From NCBI GenBank assembly GCA_045159875.1, contig CP067995.1:1216001-1280000 (forward strand): a stretch of 64,000 bases of DNA, written 5' to 3'. This document shows, piece by piece, positions 10,560 to 22,789 of this stretch. This DNA is from a cyanobacterium endosymbiont of Rhopalodia gibba. Lineage in GTDB: Bacteria; Cyanobacteriota; Cyanobacteriia; Cyanobacteriales; Microcystaceae. How positions within the stretch are numbered: the first letter of the stretch is position 1; each line of letters opens with the position of its first letter. The notes beneath the pieces are model-generated. The model made no database searches and was not told the origin of the DNA. It saw only the letters and a list, made by a program, of their open reading frames with translations. The translations under genes and the position numbers were made by a program.

Positions 10560-13296
10560 TGCTACTATTTAAGTCATTAACTCCACTAACCTTAAGAGGT
10601 GGTACTATATTGAGTAGTTCTGAGCTCTAGATTGAAGTGACGGCAAAAACGAAACTTAATTTAATGTTTTTGCGTTAATTAAAGTTTGTACAGACAGTTT
10701 ATAAGTTACTGTATTATTATTTCCTGCTTTTGCTAAAAGGACAATCTTTTAAGAGACATATTCTCTAACTAATGAACCTCTAGGTATTCGTAGTGTTTTT
10801 AGCGGACTCTATCATTAAAAATAAAATCTATCTAAAAATATGAACTATAAATCTAAAAAATTTGGATTTTTTGTATATTTTTCTCCTTTAGAGTTCTTTA
10901 TTTATTTTATTAATTCAGCTCTTCTCAACTAGCTATTACAAAATCTTAATCAATAAGCGAAAGCTAAAACTATTGCTTGGCAAAGTATTCAATAATTCTA
11001 AAAACCTGATTTTTATAGGAATAATTTTTTTAGTATTATTGAATACACTCAGAATAATAATTTTATAAATTATTAGCTACTTATTCTTATTGTTGCCCTA
11101 AATTACTTTTATCTTAATCTGAATGTAAATCTAAATCTCTTTATTTTTGCTGAGACTTTTATGTCTAAATCAAGCTTAGATAATTTAAAAATATCAGTTT
11201 GGCTTTTATAAAATGAGTATAGTCATAAACCTGAGAAATTTATTGCAACGTCTAACGCAATTGATAGATAGAAATCGTCATAAGCTAATATATTTTCATA
11301 ATTAAATTGTGAGCTTTCTTTTACATATTTAACTTTTGTATCATAAACTAAAGTATGAACAGAGATCTTTATTGACTTTTTGAAATTGAGCTTCAATGCC
11401 ACTAGTATTCCTGAATCAATGATATCATCATCGATGACATTTTTATTACCATGCTAGATATTTAACCTTTTTAACTAAAGATTTTTTAAACTCATTGGTG
11501 AGGTGATATAAAGACTTAATTTAAATAGAAATCAAGAAAACTGTCTGATTAGAAGGATGACTTAATATAGACAAACGATGAATAATTATTACTTATAATA
11601 TTTTAATTTTTTATTTAGAAACTCTATCAAAATTAATAACTATTTAGTGAATTTTACAAAAAATTTGATTTTGAGACTTAGTATAACTTCTTATAACTCT
11701 TGATAAAGACTTGTCAATTTCTAGTATTTCCTTTTATTGTTTTAATTCTCCTGGGTTGATTATCTAATTCTAGGTAGTTAGCCAAATAGTATTTGTCTGG
11801 AGCAGTACACAAAGTCTGTAAAATATCTGGTAAATGTATAAATAATTTATATTTTTAAAAGTTAAATAAAGGTTAATGCTACTCCGAAAATTAAAAATAA
11901 TTGTCAGCAATTAATTGCTCTATTAGAATAATTTATCTTTCATTAAAATTTTGAAATCTGTCTAAGCTTTTTTTATTATGAATGTATATATTTGCTCTTC
12001 TTATTAAGAAGAATAAATATATAAGCTGGCTATTTTATTTGTTTAGCTTTACTGTTAAATATACCAATAAATTACTGACTGTATAAATCTGTAAAATTTT
12101 AAAAAATTGAGGCAATTTATCTTATAAATACAGGTTATAATACACAAGCTGCGGCTGAGATATCAGGATTTTTTTTCTTATATAAGTCAACTTAGCATCC
12201 TTTTTTACTAGGCAAACAATACCAGGGATATATACCAATACATTATCTTTTTTGAGTAGCTTACTATTATTTTTTCAATTTCTTAGGACAGTTAAACTGC
12301 TCCATAAATATAAATAGGAGTTAATCTCATAGACTAGGAGCAATTATATATGCTCGTAATTGTTGATAAACTTTTTTATTAAAAATGCTAATTATATGGC
12401 ATCCTTAGTATTTATATATTCTTTTGAAGACAAATATATAAATAGTTATTCAATTAACTACTTTAGTTTACTTAATTATTGAAGATAAATATTTTAGTTC
12501 CAAGTTTTTACATACAACTTGTATTTTTTTCTTTATTTCTACTTTGTTGAGAAAAACAAGAATAGCTATTTTACTATCAATATATATATTGGCTAGTTTA
12601 AATTTAAAACTAATTTTTAACTTTGTTAAATAATATTGATTTTTGTGTTTATTTATTTTTTTAAAAAATCTCGCTATTTCTTAATCCCCTATTTTTCAAA
12701 TATTTAGTCCTAAGTATAATTCGATAGTTTTTATCACTACTATTATTAATTTATATTGATACTGCAATATATTACCAGCCAATTTAACTTTTTTAGTCTT
12801 CGTTATTTATTTTTGATTATCTTCAGTATTAATAGCCTAAATATGTTTAATTTTTTTTTATTTGTTTAAATTCAACTAAAAATAACGGCTAACTAGATAC
12901 TATAATTTGATTGATTTATATATTTTAAATATATTTTTTTTGAAGTTTTGCAAGATATTTCATGCTCTCATTGATAGATTTTTTTGTTGTACTAATTATT
13001 AGGTTTTTTAAACTAAAAAAATCATAGTTCAAACTAAAAAATATTAGAAGTATCCCGATTATTATCTGATTTTAATATGAATAGATGACAGAGCCGTCTT
13101 ACTAAAAAAGCAACAAAACTCTAATTTTTAGTCAGGAAGGTTACATGGCTGGCATATTTTTAATCCTCAAGGAGAATTTCCTATTTTTTCAAAATATCTT
13201 AGCTAGCTGCTATAGTAAGGAAAACTTTAATAAACTATAGTAAAGTTAAGAGTTTTACCCATAAAATCCCACTTTTAGTGAGAAATCTTTGAGTTA

Positions 13297-13746
13297 CTAT
13301 CGAAATGATAAATTTGCTATCTCTACCCAAAAAGATTTAATTCCTGTAATCAGTTTAAAAAGGTCTTTAAAATTTCTAGATTTTGTTACCTAATAGTTAG
13401 GATGACGTTCGTGACTGTAAAAAGTGTCTACCTCATTACCATAAGTACTTAAGACTTCCACTAGAATGGGTTTTAAATATTGATTTTGATTTCTGCTAGG
13501 ATTTCTCAACTATCTTCTTGTGAAAAATCAAGGTCTAAGATAATCGAGTCAGGATGGAGAGCCGAGAGCCTAAGTAAACTCTCCTTGTTATCCTAAATAG
13601 GATATTGCATCTGTGCAATCACTCACGACGATTAACTTGTGAAAAGCTAGCACAGGTTTTCACACTTCTTGGCTCAAATAAACATTAGTTTTACTATCCT
13701 TAACCAATAGAATAATCTTATTGGATTCGCATTCTCCTGCGATCAC
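13297..13746 (-). pseudogene. rcp1: Response regulator Rcp1 pseudogene
   Basis: KIILLVKDSK, HKLIVVSDCTDAISYL, PDSIILDLD, EILAEIK, HPNY*VTKSRNFKDLFKLITGIKSF; stops and frameshifts; directly downstream of the cph1 relic. Confidence 0.8.
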
Positions 13747-14690
13747 ACTTACTTTCTCCTACAGGTCTAGTGAAATAGAATGTTGATTCCTGTCTTAATT
13801 CTGCTTATACCTAAAAATGTCCCCGATGACATTCCAAAATCTTTTTACAAATTGCCAGTCTTATTTCTCTTCCTGGATATTTACCATGGATATATTTTTG
13901 TTAGAAAATATATCCATGATACTGAAATTAATGTAATGCTAATTTAAATATCTCTTGTCAAGATAACCTAATAATACTCTAATTTTTGGCTAAGATTATA
14001 AATCTTCGTAGTTTTCTCGCTAAAGAACTTAAAAGCGTTACTGATTAAATTGAGAAATAGTTGTATTAACTGGGTATGATCAGCCATAGCTGTCAGTAAG
14101 AAATCATCGGGAATAATAATCTCTGTTTGATGAATGCCTCCCCTTAGGTTAGCAATTATCGGTTCTAAAGAGATTGCTGCTTCAGTAAATTCAAATTTAA
14201 CTACCCGTATATGATCATATATCTACCTTAAAATAAGTTAAAACATCATCAATAAACTTTTGCCTCAAGCTAACTTCCTCCATCGCAAAGGGAATAAAGT
14301 CCCTTGTATCTTCATTTAAAGCGTCTATCTAAAGCATTTTCAATAACTGAACATAATTAAAGATTTGGTTGAGAAATTTTCTCAAGTTGTGGGGGGAACG
14401 TAAGAAAATTTTCTGAGTTTTGCGTCAGAGCATTCCAAATCTCGGGCTAACTCATCAGCTTAACGTAGAATAATGCTGGCAATCGCCTTTGATTTCAACA
14501 GTCTTCCAAAGTCAAGATTTTAATCGAGGAGTTTTCTTCTCCAATTTAAATTATTTTCGGAGAGATGAATTTAAAGTTATTTTGTAAAATTTAGCTTGAT
14601 ATACATGAGGAGGATAGCCTCTATGTTACCTTTTGAATCACTCATGAAGTAGATCAACTATTTGATTATAGTCATATATATTACACATTA
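13718..14690 (-). pseudogene. cph1: Cyanobacterial phytochrome Cph1/AphA pseudogene (end of PHY domain plus histidine kinase)
   Basis: AIASIILR*ADELARDLECSDAKLRKFSYVPPHNL..NYVQLL, ADHTQLIQLFLNLISNAFKF, GKYPGREIRLAICKKILECHRG..STFYFT; PAS-GAF region not recognisable. Confidence 0.8.
13885..13918. repeat. Perfect 14-bp inverted repeat inside the cph1 pseudogene
   Basis: catggatatatttt tgttag aaaatatatccatg. Confidence 0.9.
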
Positions 14691-14927
14691 ATGCATGGCT
14701 TTAAAACAGTTGACAAGTAAGATTTTATTATACAACAATACAGAATTTATTTAAAATTTTTCTGGCGATACCCACTTTTTTAAGTATTGCTACTTTTAAT
14801 AGAAATAGAACCATAAAGTCTAGCTACTGCAGGAAATGTCATATTAATGACAATTAAATACTTTATATAAAAAAAATAAATTTTTAGGTTGGATTAATTA
14901 GACAACGTCTCATAATAGATCGTAATA

Positions 14928-14975
14928 ATTTATAGAATAACTAACTGTAAACCTGTAGCTAGTTATTCTATAAAT
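14928..14975. repeat. Perfect 16-bp inverted repeat with 16-nt spacer
   Basis: atttatagaataacta ... tagttattctataaat. Confidence 0.9.
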
Positions 14976-15707
14976 AAATATATTTATGTAATCTTTTGTT
15001 GCTTTTCCAAATTAAAGTTTCAATTTTCTTAAGTTTGTGTTCAGTTCATTACCTTAATCTAACTCACCCTACAGACGATCATACTTTTATCTGATACCTA
15101 AAACTTTATCGTAGTCAGCATAAGATATGACTCAAAACTAAATATTTTTCTTTCCATTGGCTCTTATTACATAAATAGCTACAAATAAACCTTTAAAAGG
15201 CAAATCATATTGTATCTTTATATTTAGGTAGCTAAAGTAAAATTCATATTGCTTTTATTGATTTTTTAGAATATTGTTTTTGATAAAAAATTTGTTTAAT
15301 AAACTTATCTTAATTATATTAATCTTTAAAAATTACTCTGACGATTTCATGAGGTTCTATTTAAGGCTATTTACCTTCTATTATATTAGATTTAGTTTTG
15401 TACTATAAGTTAATGAAAAATATAGATATAATATTTTTTATTTTCATTATTTCAGTTTTACGTTAATTTAACTACTCGTAATACACTTAATTATTTTCAA
15501 TAAAAGTTAACCTTTTTTTTTCTTTATATACTTATTTATTTAAAGTATTTTATTTTTTTAAGCTCTTTTTCTTTAGGAGATAGACCAATTCTTATACTCA
15601 CTTTGATTCGTTGTCATTTCTAGCTATTTACAAAAATATTACCGTTTCTAGCTGGAGAGCATCTGACTCCCCTATCTTTTTTTAAAAATTGCTGGTTATC
15701 ATCAATA

Positions 15708-15743
15708 ATTCAATCTTTTTAAGAGCTCTTAAAAAGATTGAAT
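15708..15743. repeat. Perfect 36-bp palindrome with no spacer
   Basis: attcaatctttttaagag|ctcttaaaaagattgaat. Confidence 0.95.
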
Positions 15744-16292
15744 ATATTCTTTATTCCAAATTTTTTTTCCACTTCTTAGAAAATTTTCTTACTTTTCTAT
15801 TCCTTAAATAACCTCTCTAAAAATTGTTTTTTAAATTGTATTTTTTTAAAATTTAACCTAATCTTAAAGTTGTTAAACTTTTCACCATCTTATTTTCAAG
15901 AAAATATTTCCGCTTTTGTTCTCATTCTAGATGAGATTTTTAGAGCACGAGTAAAAATTAATAATGCTTACTCTTCTAATCTTTTTGAAAGACGACCTAT
16001 GGACTTATTGGCTCAAAAATTTCAGAAAATCGTTAAAATTTACCTTAAAATGAATGCATTTATTGAGATTTTATTACTTGACTTAGTTAAAACAAAGAGA
16101 AAAAAGATTGAAATGGTCTTAAAAAGTAGAAGACTGGCAATTCATTTCATTTTTTGAAAAAAAGTAGAAATAATTATTGTTTTTACTTTTTTTTAGAGTG
16201 CCTCATTTTTAACTTCGATAGTTTTAGATCACTTACTGAATAGCATTGTAGTTTATCATCTATTTATAGTTCATAGAACTTTATTTATTTTT

Positions 16293-17630
16293 ATGACCGT
16301 TGCCTTATCCAGATTCACTCAGATCAAAGACACTTTTCTTAATACGCTTTTGTTAGGTAATAAATCCACCCCCGAACTCTGGGGAATTTTAACCGTTTAT
16401 TTCGTACAAGGAATCTTGGGTTTAGCCCGTTTAGCAGTTAGTTTTTTCCTCAAAGAGGATTTAGGACTAAATCCCGCCCAAATGAGCGCATTAACTGGGA
16501 TTGCTGCCTTACCTTGGGTAATTAAACCTATTTTTGGGTTCATGTCCGACAGCTTACCTATCTTTGGTTATCGTCGTCGTCCCTATTTAATTCTATCGGG
16601 GTTACTAGGTAGCATCGTCTGGATAATGTTAGGAACTATTGTTGATGCTCTTTGGTCTGCCACTGTCAGTTTACTACTAATCTCCTTATCTGTCGCCATT
16701 AGTGATGTTATTGTAGATTCTTTAGTAGTAGAGAGGGCAAGAAAAGAATCTTTAGAAAAAGCAGGTTCTTTGCAATCTTTAACCTGGGGAACTTCTACAT
16801 TAGGGGGATTAATTACTGCTTATCTAAGTGGTTGGTTGTTACAACGTCTGAGTAATCAAACAATTTTTGTTATTACTGCTGTCTTTCCCTTAATTGTTAC
16901 AATGGTTGCTGGGTTAATTACTGAAAACCCGGTTAATCAAAATTATGCTAATAAAACAGGTTCTAAAAAGTTTCCAATTAGGCAACACTCACAAGAACTC
17001 TGGAAAGCTTTCAAACAAAAATCTATCTTATTCCCCGTTATCTTTGTTTTTATTTGGCAAGCCACGCCTAATGCTGATTCAGCATTCTTTTTCTTCACCA
17101 CCAATGAATTAGGATTTGGCCCCGAATTTTTAGGATTAGTTCGCCTAGTTACCAGTGTAGCTGCTCTAGTCGGAATTGGACTTTATCAAAAATTCCTGAA
17201 AACCGTTCCCTTTCGGCGTATTTTAGGTTGGAGTATTGTTATTTCCTCAGGCTTGGGGATGACGATGTTACTGTTAGTAACTCATACTAATCGAGTGATA
17301 GGAATTAGTGATCGTTGGTTTAGTTTAGGAGATAGTTTAATCCTCACAGTCATGGGAGAAATTACTTTTATGCCTATCCTTGTTTTGTCTGCTCGTTTGT
17401 GTCCTAAAGGTATTGAAGCTACTCTATTTGCTCTACTCATGTCTATTCTAAACTTATCAGGGTTAATATCCCATGAATTAGGGGCATTATTAACTCAATG
17501 GTTAAGGATAACACAAACGAACTTTGATAGCCTCTGGATATTAGTTATTATCACCAATCTTTCGACCCTTTTACCACTTCCTTTTTTAGGTTTGTTACCA
17601 GCTACTGATCCTCAAACAGAGAAACTATAA
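16293..17630 (+). CDS. Folate/biopterin transporter (FBT/BT1 family MFS, Slr0642-like)
   Basis: VYFVQGILGLARLAVSFFLK, LPIFGYRRRPYL, ARLCPKGIEATLFALLMS, TNLSTLLPLPFL. Confidence 0.9.
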   Translation: MTVALSRFTQIKDTFLNTLLLGNKSTPELWGILTVYFVQGILGLARLAVSFFLKEDLGLNPAQMSALTGIAALPWVIKPIFGFMSDSLPIFGYRRRPYLILSGLLGSIVWIMLGTIVDALWSATVSLLLISLSVAISDVIVDSLVVERARKESLEKAGSLQSLTWGTSTLGGLITAYLSGWLLQRLSNQTIFVITAVFPLIVTMVAGLITENPVNQNYANKTGSKKFPIRQHSQELWKAFKQKSILFPVIFVFIWQATPNADSAFFFFTTNELGFGPEFLGLVRLVTSVAALVGIGLYQKFLKTVPFRRILGWSIVISSGLGMTMLLLVTHTNRVIGISDRWFSLGDSLILTVMGEITFMPILVLSARLCPKGIEATLFALLMSILNLSGLISHELGALLTQWLRITQTNFDSLWILVIITNLSTLLPLPFLGLLPATDPQTEKL

Positions 17631-17763
17631 ATTAATATTTAAATTCAGAGATTTTAGGATATTAGGATTTAAGATTTTCCACTAGAGACTAAATAATTCC
17701 TAATATTACCAAAATTTACTGCTAAGCATACTTAAAAATAATTTTTAATAAAATTAAATAGCT

Positions 17764-18535
17764 ATGACTATTTTATTGATTTAAATAAGTTATAAAAATA
17801 CTGATATTCTAAATAATTAGAAGCAAGACTATCGATTTTAATCTAATGAATAGGACTCTCATATTGAAGATTTTCAAAGATAAACTATATTTTAATTGCC
17901 AGCAACTCTTTTTTTTAAAGGTCCTAAACTATTAAATTTAATTGTTATAAAGATGAAGTTATTTCTGTTATTAATTTTACTTAATGTATAGACTTATTTG
18001 TATAACTGCTTTATTTATAGTGAAAGCTTTTTGTTTAAAAAAAGATTATAAAAAAATTGATTGAGAAGTATTTAGAAGTTAAAAACTAAGGGAATGCTTA
18101 AATAATACTTTCGACAACAAAATGGAGAAGATTACTAATGTCGACGTAATTCACTGGGGACAAACTACTTGCCCTTTGGGTTTAATTATCTAAATACAAT
18201 TTTATAACCTGAGAAATCAATTACTGCCAATCCTTAGGTTGATCTCTATTGCGAATTAGATAATGACAAATATTGTTTAGTAATTTTTTTTATTAAACTA
18301 GGACTATTGAGGAGAATTACAGTTTATAAATTTAGTTCTCAAAGGCAGTTGCTATGCTATCATCCCCGTAGTGTTATATAGATTTGTTTGTCATACTCTT
18401 CATCCTTTTGAAGTTAAAAAATAAATCTATGCTTTATTAAATCCGTCATTGAAATTTAACGCTAGCTCTAAATCAATTAGAGCAGTTTATCATTAATTTA
18501 GAAGACGATTTTAATTAATTTGACAGTAATTTATA
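17764..18535 (+). pseudogene. Carotenoid oxygenase (apocarotenoid oxygenase family) pseudogene
   Basis: Fragments SNE*DSHIEDFQ, ATLF.KGPKLL and FDNKMEKITNVDVIHWG.KLLALW resemble family NIANTNVIYWG.KLLALWE; much shorter than an intact gene. Confidence 0.6.
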
Positions 18536-18951
18536 TATTTATTAATCGAAGACCTGTGTGACACAGGTAAAAGACACTGAAAGCTTGATTTTATTACTCT
18601 TATAAACTGTTTATAAAACAAATTATTAGAGAAATGTTTGTATATTACGCTGCGCCAATACACAACAAAAATGTTGTAGCATCCTGAGGTAGATAAAAAA
18701 GGGATAAACTACCTAAAAAATTGTAGTTTTCCCCATTTACTTTCCCCGAAGTTTTATTTGGTAACAGTTTCTTGGCTTTCAAGTCGTTCTACTGAAACTT
18801 ATTTAATTGTTCATACAATTTATATGTACGGTTAAGACCAACTTTTAATCAGATTTTGTCCCTGGTATCGGGAGATCCAATTTAAATTTGACCCAGATAT
18901 TTATTAATCGTCTTTCCCCATTATTCTATCTAAATTGATAATGGGGATAAG

Positions 18952-19728
18952 TCACATCCCCATTATTTCATAACCAGCATCTACGTAAAGTACTTGTCCT
19001 GTAATGCCACTGGCGAGATTACTACATAAGAAAGCTGCTGCATTACCTACTTCTAACTGGGTGACGGTTCGCTTAAGGGGAGCAACTTTTTCCACGTGGT
19101 GAATCATATCGAGAATACCTCCTACTGCCGATGAAGCTAAAGTACGAATAGGACCTGCGGAAATGGCGTTAATGCGAATGTTACTAGAGCCCAATTCAGA
19201 CGCCAAATAACGCACACTCATTTCTAAACCGGCTTTAGCCACTCCCATTAAATTGTAATTAGGAATCACCTTGGCCCCACCTATATAGGTGAGGGTGACA
19301 ATACTTCCTCCATCGATCATTAAGGGCTTGGCATATTTAACCATGTTGGCTAAAGAAAAGGTACTAATTTCTAAAGATTTAGAAAAGGCTTCACGGGATA
19401 CCCCACTAAAATCTCCTGTTAATCCTTCTTTATCTGCAAAGGCCAGACAATGGATAAGAATATCGAGTTTATCCCAAGTATCCGCCACGGTTTGAAAAGT
19501 TGCCTTCACTTGAGATTCATTTTGAACATCACAGGCGACAAAAATCGACGGATTTAGGGGTTTTACGACATCCCGAACTTTTTTTTCAAAACGACCCCTT
19601 TCGTCCGGCAAAAAGGTAACACCAAGATTTGCCCCAGCTTTATGGATTTGTTGGGCAATACCCCAAGCAATAGAGCGACTATTAGCAATTCCTGTTACTA
19701 GCGCGGTTTTTCCGGTGAGATCTAACAT
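18952..19728 (-). CDS. fabI: Enoyl-ACP reductase FabI
   Basis: LVTGIANSRSIAWGIA, PNYNLMGVAKAGLE, NAISAGPIRTLAS; start taken at ATG of MLDLTGK. Confidence 0.97.
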   Translation of the reverse strand: MLDLTGKTALVTGIANSRSIAWGIAQQIHKAGANLGVTFLPDERGRFEKKVRDVVKPLNPSIFVACDVQNESQVKATFQTVADTWDKLDILIHCLAFADKEGLTGDFSGVSREAFSKSLEISTFSLANMVKYAKPLMIDGGSIVTLTYIGGAKVIPNYNLMGVAKAGLEMSVRYLASELGSSNIRINAISAGPIRTLASSAVGGILDMIHHVEKVAPLKRTVTQLEVGNAAAFLCSNLASGITGQVLYVDAGYEIMGM

Positions 19729-19956
19729 AATTATTATCAACAATTGTGCAATTTTTAGCGAATGAAGTCTTCCACTGTTTAAGATGGGTAAGTATAATCT
19801 TCACAGAACTGGGAACTTCTCATCCCAATAGAAACATTGTGAAGCAAAACGTAGCAAAAACCTCTGAAGATAGATTAAAGTATTGTGTCTATACTGAAGT
19901 TAACAATCACCTGTCTATTTAATAGAGTCTATACTTACCGCCCTTAATATCAAAGT

Positions 19957-20637
19957 GTGATGGAAGCATCCTTGTCTCAAGATAAACCTCTAGCAGCCGT
20001 TTTTCGCCGTATTGGTGGCGGTGCCTATCCCCCTTTCGTTGAAGCCTTTGAACGGGGTAAAACAATTTTTTTTCCAGGTGATCCAGCCGAAAGAGTCTAC
20101 TTTTTATTGAAAGGAGCAGTTAAACTTTCCCGTGTTTATGAGGCTGGGGAAGAAATTACTGTAGCTTTGTTGCGCGAGAATAGTGTCTTTGGGGTTTTGT
20201 CCTTAATTACAGGGCAACGCTCAGATCGCTTTTATCATGCAGTTGCCTTTACTCGTGTAGAATTGTTGTCTGCTCCAATCGAGCAAGTAGAGCAATCTCT
20301 CAAAAGAGAGCCTGATTTATCTATTTTGATGCTTCAAGGATTATCTTCACGGATTTTACAAACAGAAATGATGATCGAAACCTTGGCACACCGTGATATG
20401 GGTTCACGTCTTGTCAGTTTTTTGTTGATCTTATGTCGTGATTTTGGGGTTCCTACTTCTGAGGGAATTCGTATTGATTTAAAGTTATCCCATCAGGCGA
20501 TCGCTGAAGCTATTGGTTCAACCCGTGTTACTGTTACTCGTCTTTTGGGAGATTTACGTCAAGAAGAGATGATTTCTATCTATAAGAAAAAAATTACTGT
20601 TCATAACCCTGTCGCCCTTAGTCAACAATTTACCTAA
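19957..20637 (+). CDS. ntcA: Global nitrogen regulator NtcA (CRP family)
   Basis: [70 protein letters not shown]; divergent from fabI as usual. Confidence 0.98.
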   Translation: MMEASLSQDKPLAAVFRRIGGGAYPPFVEAFERGKTIFFPGDPAERVYFLLKGAVKLSRVYEAGEEITVALLRENSVFGVLSLITGQRSDRFYHAVAFTRVELLSAPIEQVEQSLKREPDLSILMLQGLSSRILQTEMMIETLAHRDMGSRLVSFLLILCRDFGVPTSEGIRIDLKLSHQAIAEAIGSTRVTVTRLLGDLRQEEMISIYKKKITVHNPVALSQQFT

Positions 20638-20662
20638 CCCATTAAATCATCCTTGACCACCA

Positions 20663-22123
20663 ATGACCAGTGCTTATATCTTAATTGCAGCGATTCTCAT
20701 CCTCGGAGGCTTAATCGCTGCCTTGGGCGATCGCTTAGGCACTAAAGTAGGTAAAGCTCGACTCCGTTTATGGAATCTCCGTCCGAAGGATACGGCCATT
20801 GTCGTAACAGTACTAACCGGAACCCTGATTGCAGGCTCTACTCTAGGTATTTTATTTACTTTTAGTAAGTCATTGCGCGAAGGGCTATTCCGTCTCGATG
20901 AAATCCTCGAACAGTTACGAACCGCTCAGGCTGATTTAGAAAAGGTTTCTCGAGAAAAACAAGACGTAGCCCAAGAATTCCGAACTGCTCAAGAATTACA
21001 AAATCTCGCCCAACGACGTCTTAAGTCCATCAATGAGAATTTCGAAGATGCTAAAGCTCAACTGAAATCGGTTTCCGATCAAGCGACAAAATTAAAAAAA
21101 GATATTCAAACCCTTCTTAAGGAACGCAAGGAACTTTTAGAGAGTAAAACTAGGCTTGATAAACAAATTACCCAACTTCATGAACAGGTTCGCGCTAGAG
21201 ATGAAGAACTCAAAAAAGGTCAGGAAAAAATTGCAGTTCAAAATCGGATTCTTCAACAAAGACAAACTCATTTGCAAGAACTTGAAACTCGTTTACAATC
21301 TCTGGAAAAGCAGCAAAATCAATTACAAACTGAAATAGAACAACGAGATAGTAGAATTGCCGAACTTGATAAAGCGATTAATCAAAAAGATTTTGCCTTG
21401 AAAAATAGAGAATCCCAACTAAATAAGTTAGAATCTCATCTTAAAACAGCAGTTCAAGTTTTAGAGCAATACTATCAAACATATCAAGAATTACGGGAAC
21501 GCCAAATTGCTATTGTTCGAGGTCAAGTGTTAGCTCTAGGAGCCGTTCGAATTGTCTCTCCTAATGCGGTTCTTCAAGTGGTGGATGAACTACTCAGACG
21601 TGCTAATGAATCGGCTATTGAGGCAGTTGGCAGTAATGATGTCAAACCATCAGAACGGGTGGTAAAAATCACTAAAGCTCAAGTACAACAATTAACGCAA
21701 CAACTCAAAGAAGATCAAAATTTTGTGGTAAGAATTATTTCGGCTGGTAATTATGTCGAAGGAGAAAAAGAGGTGAGAGTCTTTGCTGATATTGTAGTTA
21801 ATCAAAAGATTTTTAATCAAGAAGAAACGATTGCTAGGGTTTCTATTGATACCTCTGATATTACTGAAGAAAATATTCAACAACGTATTGATATCCTATT
21901 GGCAGCAACTCAATTTCGTGCACGTCGTGCTGGCGTAGTAGGTAATATTCAAGTTGAAGATGGACGGTTAAAAACTATTGTTAATTTCATTGAAGAAATC
22001 AGTACTAGGGAGGAAGGATTAGATGAAATTAAAGCGATTGCGGCAGAAGAAACCTATACTATTGGACCTCTTAAAATTCGCTTAATTGGGACTAAAGACG
22101 GTGAGATTCTTTTGGGTACTTGA
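20663..22123 (+). CDS. DUF3084 coiled-coil membrane-anchored protein
   Basis: GGLIAALGDRLGTKVGKARL..LRPKDTA N-terminus and long coiled coil; usual position after ntcA. Confidence 0.85.
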   Translation: MTSAYILIAAILILGGLIAALGDRLGTKVGKARLRLWNLRPKDTAIVVTVLTGTLIAGSTLGILFTFSKSLREGLFRLDEILEQLRTAQADLEKVSREKQDVAQEFRTAQELQNLAQRRLKSINENFEDAKAQLKSVSDQATKLKKDIQTLLKERKELLESKTRLDKQITQLHEQVRARDEELKKGQEKIAVQNRILQQRQTHLQELETRLQSLEKQQNQLQTEIEQRDSRIAELDKAINQKDFALKNRESQLNKLESHLKTAVQVLEQYYQTYQELRERQIAIVRGQVLALGAVRIVSPNAVLQVVDELLRRANESAIEAVGSNDVKPSERVVKITKAQVQQLTQQLKEDQNFVVRIISAGNYVEGEKEVRVFADIVVNQKIFNQEETIARVSIDTSDITEENIQQRIDILLAATQFRARRAGVVGNIQVEDGRLKTIVNFIEEISTREEGLDEIKAIAAEETYTIGPLKIRLIGTKDGEILLGT

Positions 22124-22162
22124 ATAGTTGATGCTTAATAGTTACTATTTGATGGTTAATAT

Positions 22163-22579
22163 TTGAAGAAACCTAAGATGATTATTGGATTTGACCCTGG
22201 ACGAGATAAATGTGGTATTGCAGTAAGGGATGATCAAGGACAATTCCCTTATCATCAAGTGGTCAATTCTGAAGATGTGATCACTACTTTACAATCTCTT
22301 TGCCAACAGTTCCCAATTACCTTATTGGTGATGGGTAATCAAACAACATCTAAACAGTGGAAAAAACAATTAGAAAATGAACTTTCCTTTTCTGTTTCTA
22401 TTGAAATGGTCGATGAACGTAATAGTAGTTTAGAAGCTCGTGATCGCTATTGGGAAATGTATCCACTTCAAGGACTCACTCGGGTAATTCCTCTTGGCAT
22501 GAGGTTTCCTTCCCGTCCTATTGATGATATTGTGGCTATTGTCTTGATTGAAAGATATTTGAAGAAATATAACCCATAA
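22163..22579 (+). CDS. YqgF/RuvX-family RNase H-fold nuclease
   Basis: IGFDPGRDKCGIAV, MGNQTTS, VDERNSSLEARDRYW, DDIVAIVLIERY. Confidence 0.85.
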   Translation: MKKPKMIIGFDPGRDKCGIAVRDDQGQFPYHQVVNSEDVITTLQSLCQQFPITLLVMGNQTTSKQWKKQLENELSFSVSIEMVDERNSSLEARDRYWEMYPLQGLTRVIPLGMRFPSRPIDDIVAIVLIERYLKKYNP

Positions 22580-22789
22580 AGGTTAAACTCTTAAAATTTT
22601 CTTAAACTTTAATATTGTAGGGTAAATAAACACACTAATTATCTTGAGTAGTCATATACGGTCAAATACTTGCTCGCTCTACAAAGCAAGAGAAATCTTA
22701 ACTATTTTTGATTATTCTCTAATGTTTATTAGAATTTATTCTAAGTTAAGTTCTCAAAAAACATTTTTAATAAGAGGTAAATACTATAG

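Noticed and set aside
10600..13250. Degraded coding-like DNA, perhaps polysaccharide genes
   Set aside because: No motif I can assign with confidence.
15870..16157. 95-aa ORF on the plus strand
   Set aside because: TTG start, low-complexity AT-rich composition and no recognisable motif; probably a chance ORF or unidentifiable relic.
19880..19894. Possible NtcA box upstream of ntcA
   Set aside because: GTA and TAC are separated by 9 nt rather than the canonical 8.
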